DNA from: an uncultured bacterium | GTDB taxonomy: Bacteria > Abyssobacteria > SURF-5 | NCBI GenBank assembly: GCA_964607485.1 | Contig: CAZSKP010000010.1 | Location: 32,001-96,000 of the forward strand | DNA: 64,000 nt | Reading direction: 5' to 3' | In this document: positions 8,865 to 17,210 of the stretch, one piece after another | Layout of the letters: every line of letters begins with the position of its first letter | Position numbering within the stretch: the first letter of the stretch is position 1 | Translations under genes and position numbers: made by a program | Notes under the pieces: generated by a model | What the model saw: only the letters and a program-made list of their open reading frames with translations | What the model was told of the DNA's origin: nothing | The model's database searches: none

Positions 8865-10214
8865 ATGAAAGCAATGACCGCCTTGTCGGCAAAGAAGATG
8901 GGCGGCGAAGCGGCGGAGGTCCGGACGCTTTTCGACCTGACGCCCGCTGCCGGCCCGTCTCGCTCGGACGCCGACTCTTTCTCACGCGCGCTCAAAGCAG
9001 CGGTCCGCAAGACGAGCGGGGAAACCGAACAACCGTCGGAGCCCCGGGACGTCAAGAAGACGTTTGCTCCCGAGGATTCGGCCGGGGGGAACGTTCCCCT
9101 TTCGTCGGACGTGGACGAGACAGAGTCTTTCGGCGAACGCTGGCGCGGCCAGGCCGAGGCCGCACTGATAGCTCTCGTCGAAGCGCCAAATCCGGGCGTT
9201 CAGCCGCAGCAGGCTCCGAGCGGCGACGTCGTCGTGAACGCCGTCCCCGAACTCGGCGTCGTAATGGCTGAGTTTGCCGTCGAGGCAGAACTCGCAGTTG
9301 TGGGTCCGGCGGGGACGCAGACGCCGCCCGTTCAGGCGGAGGCTCCCCCCGCGACACAGGGCGAAGCAGTACCGCCTGCCAATTCCGTTCCCATCGTCCA
9401 GGATGGGCAGGTTCAGGTGGATGAGTTCGTCATCGAATCGGCTCCGGAAAGCACACGGGAGTTCGGCGCGGTGGCGGTGCCTCGGTTTGCTGAGGGACGC
9501 GTCTCAGAAGGGAACGTGCAGGGCGGAGTTGTCATCCGAGCCTTCCAGCCCGTCTCCGCGGAAAACGTTGCGGCGGCGCCGACGGAGCTCGACTCGGTCG
9601 CTGTCCTTGCTCCCGTGGACGCTCGAACAGCGGCATCGGCCAATGACGAAACGCTTCTGAACGAGAGCTTCTGGAGTTGGAGTCGCCCTGCGGAACGGCC
9701 GGACACTACGAACGTTGCCTTACCGAAGGCGCCGTTTGAAGGCGTGCTCCAACAGGTGTCCTCGGGGCAACAGCCGCAGCCGGCGGCGCCACAGCCGGTC
9801 GAGATCGGATACGAGCACCTGTTCGACCAACTCGTGCAGGGCATGCGCCTGACGCAGAATGCGGAGGCGACGGAGATACACGTCCACCTGAAACCCGATT
9901 TTCTCGGCAGAGTGAACATCCGTGTTTTGGCCGATCACCACGGCATGCGCATCGAGATCAGAGCCGAGAATGAAATTGTGCGACAGGTGATGCAGGACAA
10001 CCAAGCGGCTCTGCATCAAAGGCTGGCGGAGAAAGGGCTTGCCTTCAGCCAGCTCAGCATACTTGCAGACGCCGGCTGGACATCCCGGAGAGAACCGGAA
10101 TGGCCGTCCGAGCCCGCACATACGGGGCTGCAGACGAAACCGGAAGCCCCCGTCGAGATCGGCGTCGAACCCGTTCAGCTTGCGTGGAGCGGGACGATTG
10201 ATTATCTCGCGTAG
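8865..10214 (+). CDS. fliK: Flagellar hook-length control protein FliK
   Basis: Pro/Ala/Glu-rich N-region, HLKPDFLGRVNIRV domain, terminal IDYLA; SD AAGGAGGT. Confidence 0.9.
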   Translation: MKAMTALSAKKMGGEAAEVRTLFDLTPAAGPSRSDADSFSRALKAAVRKTSGETEQPSEPRDVKKTFAPEDSAGGNVPLSSDVDETESFGERWRGQAEAALIALVEAPNPGVQPQQAPSGDVVVNAVPELGVVMAEFAVEAELAVVGPAGTQTPPVQAEAPPATQGEAVPPANSVPIVQDGQVQVDEFVIESAPESTREFGAVAVPRFAEGRVSEGNVQGGVVIRAFQPVSAENVAAAPTELDSVAVLAPVDARTAASANDETLLNESFWSWSRPAERPDTTNVALPKAPFEGVLQQVSSGQQPQPAAPQPVEIGYEHLFDQLVQGMRLTQNAEATEIHVHLKPDFLGRVNIRVLADHHGMRIEIRAENEIVRQVMQDNQAALHQRLAEKGLAFSQLSILADAGWTSRREPEWPSEPAHTGLQTKPEAPVEIGVEPVQLAWSGTIDYLA

Positions 10215-10234
10215 CAGAAGGAGGTGAAGCAGGA

Positions 10235-10648
10235 GTGAATATCATGGCAACAGCCAATCCCGTTGCGGCGGCCGCCGCGTCGAGCGCAAGCGCGGCAAGC
10301 TCGATCGTGGGAGCCAACCAAGGGCTCGGCGAAAACGATTTTCTCATGTTGCTCATTTCCGAGCTGGTGAACCAGGACCCGCTGGACCCGCTGGCCGACC
10401 GCGACTTCATCGCGCAAATGGCCCAGCTCAATACGCTCAACCAGACGGTAGAGCTCAACGACGGCATCCGCACGATGCAGATGCTTCAAGCCGCGGGGCT
10501 CGTCGGTCGGTCAGTCGAGGCAATCGGGCCCGATGGCGAGAGAGTCGTCGGAGTTGTGACCGAGGTGAGGTTCATCGACTCGGAACCCTGGCTCGTCGTC
10601 AATAACGAAGTTGTTGTAAGCCTTAACGACACGATTCGTGTCTCTTAG
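10235..10648 (+). CDS. flgD: Flagellar hook cap protein FlgD
   Basis: FLMLLISELVNQDPLDP, FIAQMAQ, LVGRSV. Confidence 0.93.
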   Translation: MNIMATANPVAAAAASSASAASSIVGANQGLGENDFLMLLISELVNQDPLDPLADRDFIAQMAQLNTLNQTVELNDGIRTMQMLQAAGLVGRSVEAIGPDGERVVGVVTEVRFIDSEPWLVVNNEVVVSLNDTIRVS

Positions 10649-10659
10649 CGGAGCGCTTT

Positions 10660-11067
10660 ATGGTTGACAAGATAAACACGGGCGAAGGACAACCGATTAG
10701 ACAGGTTGACCCCACGCGCGCGCCGGTCGTTCCGGAAAGGCGGCCGCGGGAACCCTTCGACGCCGTGATACGGCGCGAGATCGAGAAACTGGAGGGTGTA
10801 AGGTTCTCGGCTCATGCCCTTCAGCGCCTGAGCGCCCGGAACATCCATCTGAGCGCCGACGACAGGGAAAGAATCGTCGAGGCGGTCAACCGCGCACAGT
10901 CAAAGGGCGCAAGAGACTCGCTCGTGCTCGTCCGCGGGGCGGCGTTGGTGGTCAGCGTCAAGAACCGCACCGTCGTCACCGTGCTCGACCGCGAGGAAAC
11001 GCGCGGCAATGTGTTCACCAACATCGACAGCGCCGTCGTCATGGACGGAGAGGAAAGTGGAACGTAA
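10660..11067 (+). CDS. TIGR02530-family flagellar operon protein
   Basis: FSAHALQRLSARNI, KGARDSLVL, VSVKNRTVVT, NVFTNIDSAV; between flgD and flgE. Confidence 0.9.
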   Translation: MVDKINTGEGQPIRQVDPTRAPVVPERRPREPFDAVIRREIEKLEGVRFSAHALQRLSARNIHLSADDRERIVEAVNRAQSKGARDSLVLVRGAALVVSVKNRTVVTVLDREETRGNVFTNIDSAVVMDGEESGT

Positions 11068-11090
11068 CCCAAAACAAAACTGACCCTAAT

Positions 11091-11165
11091 CGAGGGCTAG
11101 GTCGAGCCCTCGGCAGGCCGGTCCCCCTCGGGGAGGCCTGATGCCGCTGAACGACGGAGGCGGCA
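11091..11165 (+). ncRNA. Candidate structured cis-regulatory RNA (three hairpins) in the flgE leader
   Basis: Stems CGAGGGCT/AGCCCTCG; CAGGCC[GG]TCCCC/GGGGAGGCCTG; TGCCGC/GCGGCA with loop TGAACGACGGAG; no U-tract. Confidence 0.55.
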
Positions 11166-11192
11166 GGGGGAAAAGCAACAAAGGAGCAAAGA

Positions 11193-12848
11193 ATGGGACT
11201 CAGCACTGCATTGTTCACAGGCGTGAGCGGTCTCATCACGCTTTCGGAATCGCTGAACGTGATCGGCGACAACCTGGCCAACGTGAACACGGCCGGGTTC
11301 AAGTCGAGCGTCGCACGGTTTGAGACGGTCTTCAGTCAGACGCTCTCCGGCGCAACGGCTCCGACCGGAACCCTGCTCGGCACCAACCCTGTGCAGGTGG
11401 GCCTCGGGACCACGCTCGCGACGATAAGCAAGAATTTCGGTCAAGGAAGCCTGAACGCCACCGGCTCACTGTCGGACCTGGCGGTTCAGGGCAGAGGGTT
11501 CTTTATCCTCAGCGACGGCACGAGCCAGTCGTTCAGCCGCGACGGCTCATTCGCGGTGGCTGTTGACGGTACATTCGTCGATCCCGCCACCGGGCTGAGA
11601 GTGCAGGGTTATCAGGCGGTTGACGGCGTGGTCACGCCGACGGGCGCGGTGGGAGACATCGTGATCCCGATAGGACTTTCAATCGTGCAGGAGACCTCGA
11701 ACGCGCTCTTGACGGGGAATTTCGACGCCTCGGGCGCTATCGCAACGACGGGCACCGTCACCGACGGCCCCGCCGTAGACGGGCCGGGAGCCGTGCCGGC
11801 TGTGGCGGGCACGCTTCTCACCGGTCTGCAGAACACCGTGGGCGTGAACCTAGGCCTTGTAGCCGGTGACACGATAACAATTGCGGGCCAAAAAGGCGGC
11901 GCGGACGTGACCGCGACGTTCTCGGTTACCGGCACCTCCACTCTCGGGGACCTGGCGACCGCAATCCAGAACGCGTTCGGGATCGTCGGCGGGAGTGTTG
12001 CCATAGACGCGGACGGCTCGTTCACGATTACGGGCGCTCCGGGAACGGGCAACGCGATTACCGATGTCGTCCTTACCGCCGACGACGGCATGGGAACGCC
12101 CCGGACCGATTTCAACGCTTTGTTCAACCCGGGCGGAGGCACGGCCTTCACCGAAATCACTGCCGCGGATGGCGAGAGTTTCGTCTTGTCCGGTCTGAAC
12201 GTGTTCGATTCGCTGGGCAATTCGGTGCCGCTCAACATCACGTTCACGCGGACGGGTACGAACACCCTGGAGTACGTCGCCGAAAGTCCGTTCGGCACGA
12301 ACGTCGGCTCGGGGACGATCACCTATGACAACAACGGCCAGTTTCTGAGCGTGACCAACGACGTTATAACCATCGACCGGTCGGCCGCGGGTGCGATCAG
12401 CCCGTTGGATATCACGCTCGATTTCAGCAACACGACCTTCCTGAGCGGTGAGAACACGCTCGCCCTTTCGAGCCAGGACGGCTTTCCGATAGGGTCGCTC
12501 GAGGAGTTCTCGGTGGGCATAGACGGCGTCATCTCGGGCTTCTTTTCAAACGGGCTGACGCTGACTCTCGGGCAGGTCGCGCTGGCCGTGTTTCCCAATC
12601 AGGAGGGCCTGACGGCCATCGGCGAGAACCAGTACATAACGTCCGCCAATTCAGGAGAACCGATCATCGGTCAGGCCGGAACAGGCGGCAGAGGCACCAT
12701 TGCCGGGGGGTACCTCGAGGGTTCCAACACGGACCTCGCGACCGAATTCGCGAACATAATAATCTCGCAGCGCGGCTTTCAGGCCAACGCGCGCACCATC
12801 ACGACGGCAGACGCGTTGCTGGACGAGGTCATATCGCTGGTGAGGTGA
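11193..12848 (+). CDS. flgE: Flagellar hook protein FlgE
   Basis: VIGDNLANVNTAGFK, DLAVQGRGFF, LEGSNTDLATEF, QRGFQANARTITT; SD AAGGAG. Confidence 0.97.
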   Translation: MGLSTALFTGVSGLITLSESLNVIGDNLANVNTAGFKSSVARFETVFSQTLSGATAPTGTLLGTNPVQVGLGTTLATISKNFGQGSLNATGSLSDLAVQGRGFFILSDGTSQSFSRDGSFAVAVDGTFVDPATGLRVQGYQAVDGVVTPTGAVGDIVIPIGLSIVQETSNALLTGNFDASGAIATTGTVTDGPAVDGPGAVPAVAGTLLTGLQNTVGVNLGLVAGDTITIAGQKGGADVTATFSVTGTSTLGDLATAIQNAFGIVGGSVAIDADGSFTITGAPGTGNAITDVVLTADDGMGTPRTDFNALFNPGGGTAFTEITAADGESFVLSGLNVFDSLGNSVPLNITFTRTGTNTLEYVAESPFGTNVGSGTITYDNNGQFLSVTNDVITIDRSAAGAISPLDITLDFSNTTFLSGENTLALSSQDGFPIGSLEEFSVGIDGVISGFFSNGLTLTLGQVALAVFPNQEGLTAIGENQYITSANSGEPIIGQAGTGGRGTIAGGYLEGSNTDLATEFANIIISQRGFQANARTITTADALLDEVISLVR

Positions 12849-12988
12849 TTTTTCGGCTCCGGGGTATCTGTCGGGCCTCTGAGGAGACCCGGCACGACGG
12901 TTGACATGCGGCAGGGCCGGAGCAGCGGTGTGCCTTGCCGCCGCGCTCCGAGAGAAACATCCGGAGCAGCATGAACGGAAGACTTGAA

Positions 12989-13222
12989 ATGATCAAGCTC
13001 ACTCGCTTCGATGGGTCAGAGTTCGCCGTCAACGCCGAGTTGATAAAGTTCGTGGAGGCGGCTCCCGATACCATTGTGACATTGACAAGCGACCAGAAGC
13101 TGCTGGTGCTCGAGACCGTCGATGAAGTCATCGAAAGGGTTATCGAATACAAGGGGCTTGCTTACGGCCGCTTGCCGGAGAAGATCGACCGTGGCGAGAA
13201 AACCAAGGAGATAGAGTCTTAG
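12989..13222 (+). CDS. flbD: Flagellar FlbD/SwrD-family small protein
   Basis: MIKLTRFDG, VNAELIKFVEAAPDTIVTL, VLETVDEVIERV; alternative ATG at 12971. Confidence 0.9.
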   Translation: MIKLTRFDGSEFAVNAELIKFVEAAPDTIVTLTSDQKLLVLETVDEVIERVIEYKGLAYGRLPEKIDRGEKTKEIES

Positions 13223-13284
13223 CAAACCGTCCGCCCGTTCCCGCGCGGAGCGGGCGGACCCGGAAGTGAGGGAGAAGCAGTTCT

Positions 13285-14070
13285 GTGGATGTCGCAACCG
13301 TCGTCGGAATAATCTCGGGGCTGTCGTTCATCTTCATCGCAATGTCGCTCGGAGGCGGGGGATTGGGAATATTCCTCCATGTGCCTTCGTTTATGATCAC
13401 CGTGGGAGGCACGGTCGCGGCGACATTGATCAACTATCCGCTCCATGAGATACGAGGCGTGCTGAGCACCGTCCGAAACGCGTTCGCGTTCGAGTCCCAG
13501 ACACCGGCCTCGATGATAGAGGCCCTCGTCTCATACGCGACGAAGGCGCGGCGCGAGGGCATTCTCACGCTCGAGTCGGAACTGGAGACGGCAAGAGACC
13601 CGTTCCTTGTTCGGGGCGTGCGTCTGGCCATCGACGGGACCGCGCCGGAGCTGATAAAGGACATCCTAACGACCGAGCTGTCATATGTGGAGAGCCGGCA
13701 TTCGCTCGGGCAGGGGATTTTCACGATGATGGGCACGTACGCGCCCGCGTTCGGGATGATAGGAACTCTCATCGGGCTCATAAGCATGCTCCGAACGCTC
13801 GAGGACCCTTCGCAGATCGGCAGCGGAATGGCCACCGCACTCATCACCACGTTCTACGGCGCGCTGATGGCCAACCTCATATTTCTGCCTATCGCGGGCA
13901 AGCTGAGGTCGCGCACGCAGAGCGAAATACTGATAAAAGAAGTGATAATAGAGGGAATCCTCTCGATACAGTCGGGCGACAACCCGCGAATCGTCGAGCA
14001 AAAACTCAAAGCGTTCATTTCTCCCAAACTCCGGGAGAACGTCCAGACGAGCCTGAAACCGGTCAGATAG
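13285..14070 (+). CDS. motA: Flagellar stator A subunit (MotA/PomA/MotP type)
   Basis: ARREGILTLE, APAFGMIGTLIGLI, MATALITTFYG, IQSGDNP. Confidence 0.96.
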   Translation: MDVATVVGIISGLSFIFIAMSLGGGGLGIFLHVPSFMITVGGTVAATLINYPLHEIRGVLSTVRNAFAFESQTPASMIEALVSYATKARREGILTLESELETARDPFLVRGVRLAIDGTAPELIKDILTTELSYVESRHSLGQGIFTMMGTYAPAFGMIGTLIGLISMLRTLEDPSQIGSGMATALITTFYGALMANLIFLPIAGKLRSRTQSEILIKEVIIEGILSIQSGDNPRIVEQKLKAFISPKLRENVQTSLKPVR

Positions 14071-14085
14071 GCGGAAAGACATCGA

Positions 14086-14871
14086 TTGAGCAAGTACGGC
14101 AACAATAACGGAAGCGACAACGGAGGGATCCGGCTGCCCACCTCTCCCGGGTGGATGGTCACCTACGGCGACATCATGACGCTTCTTCTCACCTTCTTCG
14201 TTCTTCTGATATCATATTCGACAATCAAAGAAGAGGCGTTTCGGCGAGCGCTCGCGTCGTTTCAGGAAGCGCTCGGCGTACTTCCCAATGAGCGGAGCTT
14301 GATAAGATTCGAGCAGATTCCCGCCGTGAAAATGATGCCTCCGATACCCGCCCAGGAGATCATTAAGCGCCTCCGCAACTCGGTGTACTCGGCGGGGCTG
14401 AAAGGCAAGGTGAGTGTCGAGGAAGAGAGGGAGGGCATCCGAATAACCATCCAGAGCCCGATTCTCTTCGACTCCGGCAAGGCCACCCTCAGGCCGGAGG
14501 CCCTGCCGGTCCTGGACGAACTGATAAAGATTCTCGGTGAGAGTCCCAACGAAGTCGTCGTGGAGGGACACACCGATAACGTGCCCATCAATACGGCCGA
14601 GTTTCCGTCTAACTGGGAGCTGTCCACGGCAAGGGCGATCAGCGTTGCAAAGTACCTCTTCCAGAAGGGAAATCTGAAAGCGGAGAGGTTCACCGTGGCC
14701 GGTTACGGCGAGTATCATCCAGTCGCGACGAACGCGACTCCCGAAGGACGACAGAAGAATCGGCGCGTGGGCATTTTGCTCAAGAATGTGGAGGTAATTA
14801 AGGGATCGAAAGCAGATGAGGAGGAACAAGCGCAATGGGTGAAAGAGAGTCGCCAGAACGCCCACGGGTGA
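14086..14871 (+). CDS. motB: Flagellar stator B subunit (MotB/PomB/MotS type)
   Basis: WMVTYGDIMTLLLTFFVLL TM; OmpA-like domain EGHTD, NWELSTARA, NRRV. Confidence 0.96.
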   Translation: MSKYGNNNGSDNGGIRLPTSPGWMVTYGDIMTLLLTFFVLLISYSTIKEEAFRRALASFQEALGVLPNERSLIRFEQIPAVKMMPPIPAQEIIKRLRNSVYSAGLKGKVSVEEEREGIRITIQSPILFDSGKATLRPEALPVLDELIKILGESPNEVVVEGHTDNVPINTAEFPSNWELSTARAISVAKYLFQKGNLKAERFTVAGYGEYHPVATNATPEGRQKNRRVGILLKNVEVIKGSKADEEEQAQWVKESRQNAHG

Positions 14872-15377
14872 AAGAAGGGCGGGAGGCCGGTCCTCTTAAG
14901 CCGAAGCCTGCCGTTTTTAACCTGAAGAACATTTCCATCCTGATAGTCGGGGTGGTGCTGTCAACGTTTTTTGCGATCTTTACGGTCGGCAATTACATCG
15001 CTCCGGCGGTGGAACAGCGAAAGGTTGTCCAGCAATCGCAGGCCTCTGCGAAGGAAGCGCCTTCGGATTTGGAGAGGCTGACGTTCTACAAGATCGACCC
15101 GCTCATAGTGAATCCGGCCGATTCCAACGGGGAGCGGTATCTCAAAGCCACAATCAGCCTGGAAGCGTACGACCCGGAGTTGGTGAAAGAGATCGAGAAG
15201 AGGCTCCCCCAGATAAAGAATCAGATCAACAACGTTCTCAGCTCGAAGACAATCGAGCAGGTACAGACGAGTGAGGCCCGCGAGAGGCTGCGGCGCGAGA
15301 TACAGAACAGGGTGAACGGGCTGTTGCTGACGGGGCGCATTTCCAACGTGTATTTCGAGGAGTTCGTGTATCAATGA
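14835..15377 (+). CDS. fliL: Flagellar basal-body-associated protein FliL
   Basis: N-terminal TM, LIVNPAD, RYLK, terminal VYFEEFVYQ. Confidence 0.92.
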   Translation: MGERESPERPRVKEGREAGPLKPKPAVFNLKNISILIVGVVLSTFFAIFTVGNYIAPAVEQRKVVQQSQASAKEAPSDLERLTFYKIDPLIVNPADSNGERYLKATISLEAYDPELVKEIEKRLPQIKNQINNVLSSKTIEQVQTSEARERLRREIQNRVNGLLLTGRISNVYFEEFVYQ

Positions 15378-15784
15378 CCGACGAGAAGGACCACAAAGAG
15401 GCCTCGGCCGAGGGGAAGGCCCCCGAAGGGGGCATGATTATCGACGCGACCGCTCATCGGCGACCCCGCGTTCACGGACTCGAGCTCGACAATCGGAAGG
15501 GTGAGGCTCGGCTCGATTTCCTCGCAGATGTTCCGCTGAAAGTGAACGTGGTGCTTGCAGACACCACGATGCCTGTCGGCGAGATACTCGCGCTCGGGAC
15601 CGATTCCATCGTGCAGCTCGACAAACCCTCGGGCGACCCCGTGGACATCTACGTCGAAAACCAGAAGCTCGGGAGAGGCGAAGTAATCGTGCTTCAGGAA
15701 AAACTTCGGATTCGCGTGGTCGAGATAACGCCGCCTTCCATGGGTGCAAAGGAAAAGACGTCCGACAAACCGGAGGAACAATGA
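15374..15784 (+). CDS. fliN: Flagellar motor switch protein FliN
   Basis: SpoA/FliMN_C domain LADVPLKVNVVL, LDKPSGDPVDI, GRGEVIV, IRVVEI. Confidence 0.9.
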   Translation: MTDEKDHKEASAEGKAPEGGMIIDATAHRRPRVHGLELDNRKGEARLDFLADVPLKVNVVLADTTMPVGEILALGTDSIVQLDKPSGDPVDIYVENQKLGRGEVIVLQEKLRIRVVEITPPSMGAKEKTSDKPEEQ

Positions 15785-16434
15785 GAAAGACGCTGGCCGT
15801 GGCTTTGGTCATGGCCCTCCTTCTGCTCCTGCCGACGGTGTACCGGGCGAGCGGCGAGGACGCGCGCCCGGCCTCGAAGAATGCGGCTGCCTCTCAGTCT
15901 CCCAGCGGCGAAGACAGGGGTGCCGGCTACCTGCCCTATTCCGACCCGACCCCTCTTGGTTCCGGCGGATTATTCGGCGCCATCGTGAGGACGATTTTTT
16001 CGCTGGCGATTGTTCTCGGGCTTCTGTATGCGACGCTGTGGCTGATTAAGAAATTGACCGGCGGGTCGATGGGGCCGTTTTCGGAAGGCCCGATGAGAGT
16101 CGTGGGCCGCATTTATCTCAGTCCGAAGGCCGTCATATACTTCGTTCGGATTGTGGATGAATTGCTCGTAATCGGCACCAATACGGGGAACATCTCGCTC
16201 CTGACCACGTTCACGGACGAGCAGCAAATAGGGCAAATCGAAAAAGCGCTCAAGAGCGTTCAGGCGCACGTGCCCGGGCTGGGCTTTTCGCGCCTCTTCG
16301 ACAAATCGTTGGCCAGGTTTCAAAAAGTGCTGGAGAAAGAGGACTCCGCCTTTGACGACCAGCTGCGGGGCTTCAACGAACAGATAGGACGACTCAAGGG
16401 GCTTGCCCGGAAAAGACAAAGAGATGAAGAGTAA
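15781..16434 (+). CDS. fliO: Flagellar biosynthesis protein FliO/FliZ
   Basis: Signal-like N-terminus, [23 protein letters not shown]; between fliN and fliP. Confidence 0.82.
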   Translation: MRKTLAVALVMALLLLLPTVYRASGEDARPASKNAAASQSPSGEDRGAGYLPYSDPTPLGSGGLFGAIVRTIFSLAIVLGLLYATLWLIKKLTGGSMGPFSEGPMRVVGRIYLSPKAVIYFVRIVDELLVIGTNTGNISLLTTFTDEQQIGQIEKALKSVQAHVPGLGFSRLFDKSLARFQKVLEKEDSAFDDQLRGFNEQIGRLKGLARKRQRDEE

Positions 16435-17191
16435 GAAGATACGCCGGGTCGCGCTGCTCGGAGTGGTGATCGCCTTTGCCCTGGCGGGCGTCGCTCTGGC
16501 GCAGCAGGAGGGAATAGTCATCCCGCGTGTCGGCATAGAAATAGGCCGCGCCGAGACGCCCCAGCAGGTATCGACCACGCTCCAGTTGCTCTTTCTCCTG
16601 ACCATTCTCTCGCTGGCGCCGGCCATACTCGTCATGGTCACCTCTTTCACGCGCATCATCGTGGTGCTGGGCCTCCTCAGGCAGGCGCTGGGCACCCAGC
16701 AGATGCCTCCCAACCAGGTGCTCATCGGCCTTGCGCTCTTCCTGACGTTCTTCGTGATGGCGCCCACGTACAACGAGGTGAACCAGCAGGCGCTCCGGCC
16801 TTACCTTGACAAGAAGATCAGCCACGTCGAGGCGTTCGAACGCGGCGTGGTGCCGATTCGGAATTTCATGTTCAGGCAGACGCGGGAGAAGGACCTCGGC
16901 CTGTTCGTGCACCTGTCGAAAATAGCCCCGCCGCGCACTCCCGACGACGTGCCCACGCACGTGCTCGTTCCCGCCTTCATGATAAGCGAGCTCAAAACGG
17001 CGTTTCAGATAGGGTTCGTGATCTTCATCCCATTCCTCATAATCGACATGGTCATAGCGAGCGGGCTGATGTCGATGGGAATGCTCATGCTTCCACCCAT
17101 ATTCATCTCGCTCCCGTTCAAGGTCATCCTGTTCGTGCTCGCTGACGGATGGTACCTCGTGGTAGGTTCTCTCGTCAGGAGCTTCGGATAG
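16424..17191 (+). CDS. fliP: Flagellar export gate protein FliP
   Basis: [43 protein letters not shown]. Confidence 0.98.
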   Translation: MKSKKIRRVALLGVVIAFALAGVALAQQEGIVIPRVGIEIGRAETPQQVSTTLQLLFLLTILSLAPAILVMVTSFTRIIVVLGLLRQALGTQQMPPNQVLIGLALFLTFFVMAPTYNEVNQQALRPYLDKKISHVEAFERGVVPIRNFMFRQTREKDLGLFVHLSKIAPPRTPDDVPTHVLVPAFMISELKTAFQIGFVIFIPFLIIDMVIASGLMSMGMLMLPPIFISLPFKVILFVLADGWYLVVGSLVRSFG

Positions 17192-17210
17192 AGCAACGCT
17201 ACCGAGAGCC

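Noticed and set aside
11091-11112. Intrinsic terminator after the TIGR02530 gene
   Set aside because: No U-tract on the + strand; treated as part of the flgE leader structure
11193-12848. Spirochaete-type lysinoalanine hook crosslink
   Set aside because: This FlgE contains no Cys
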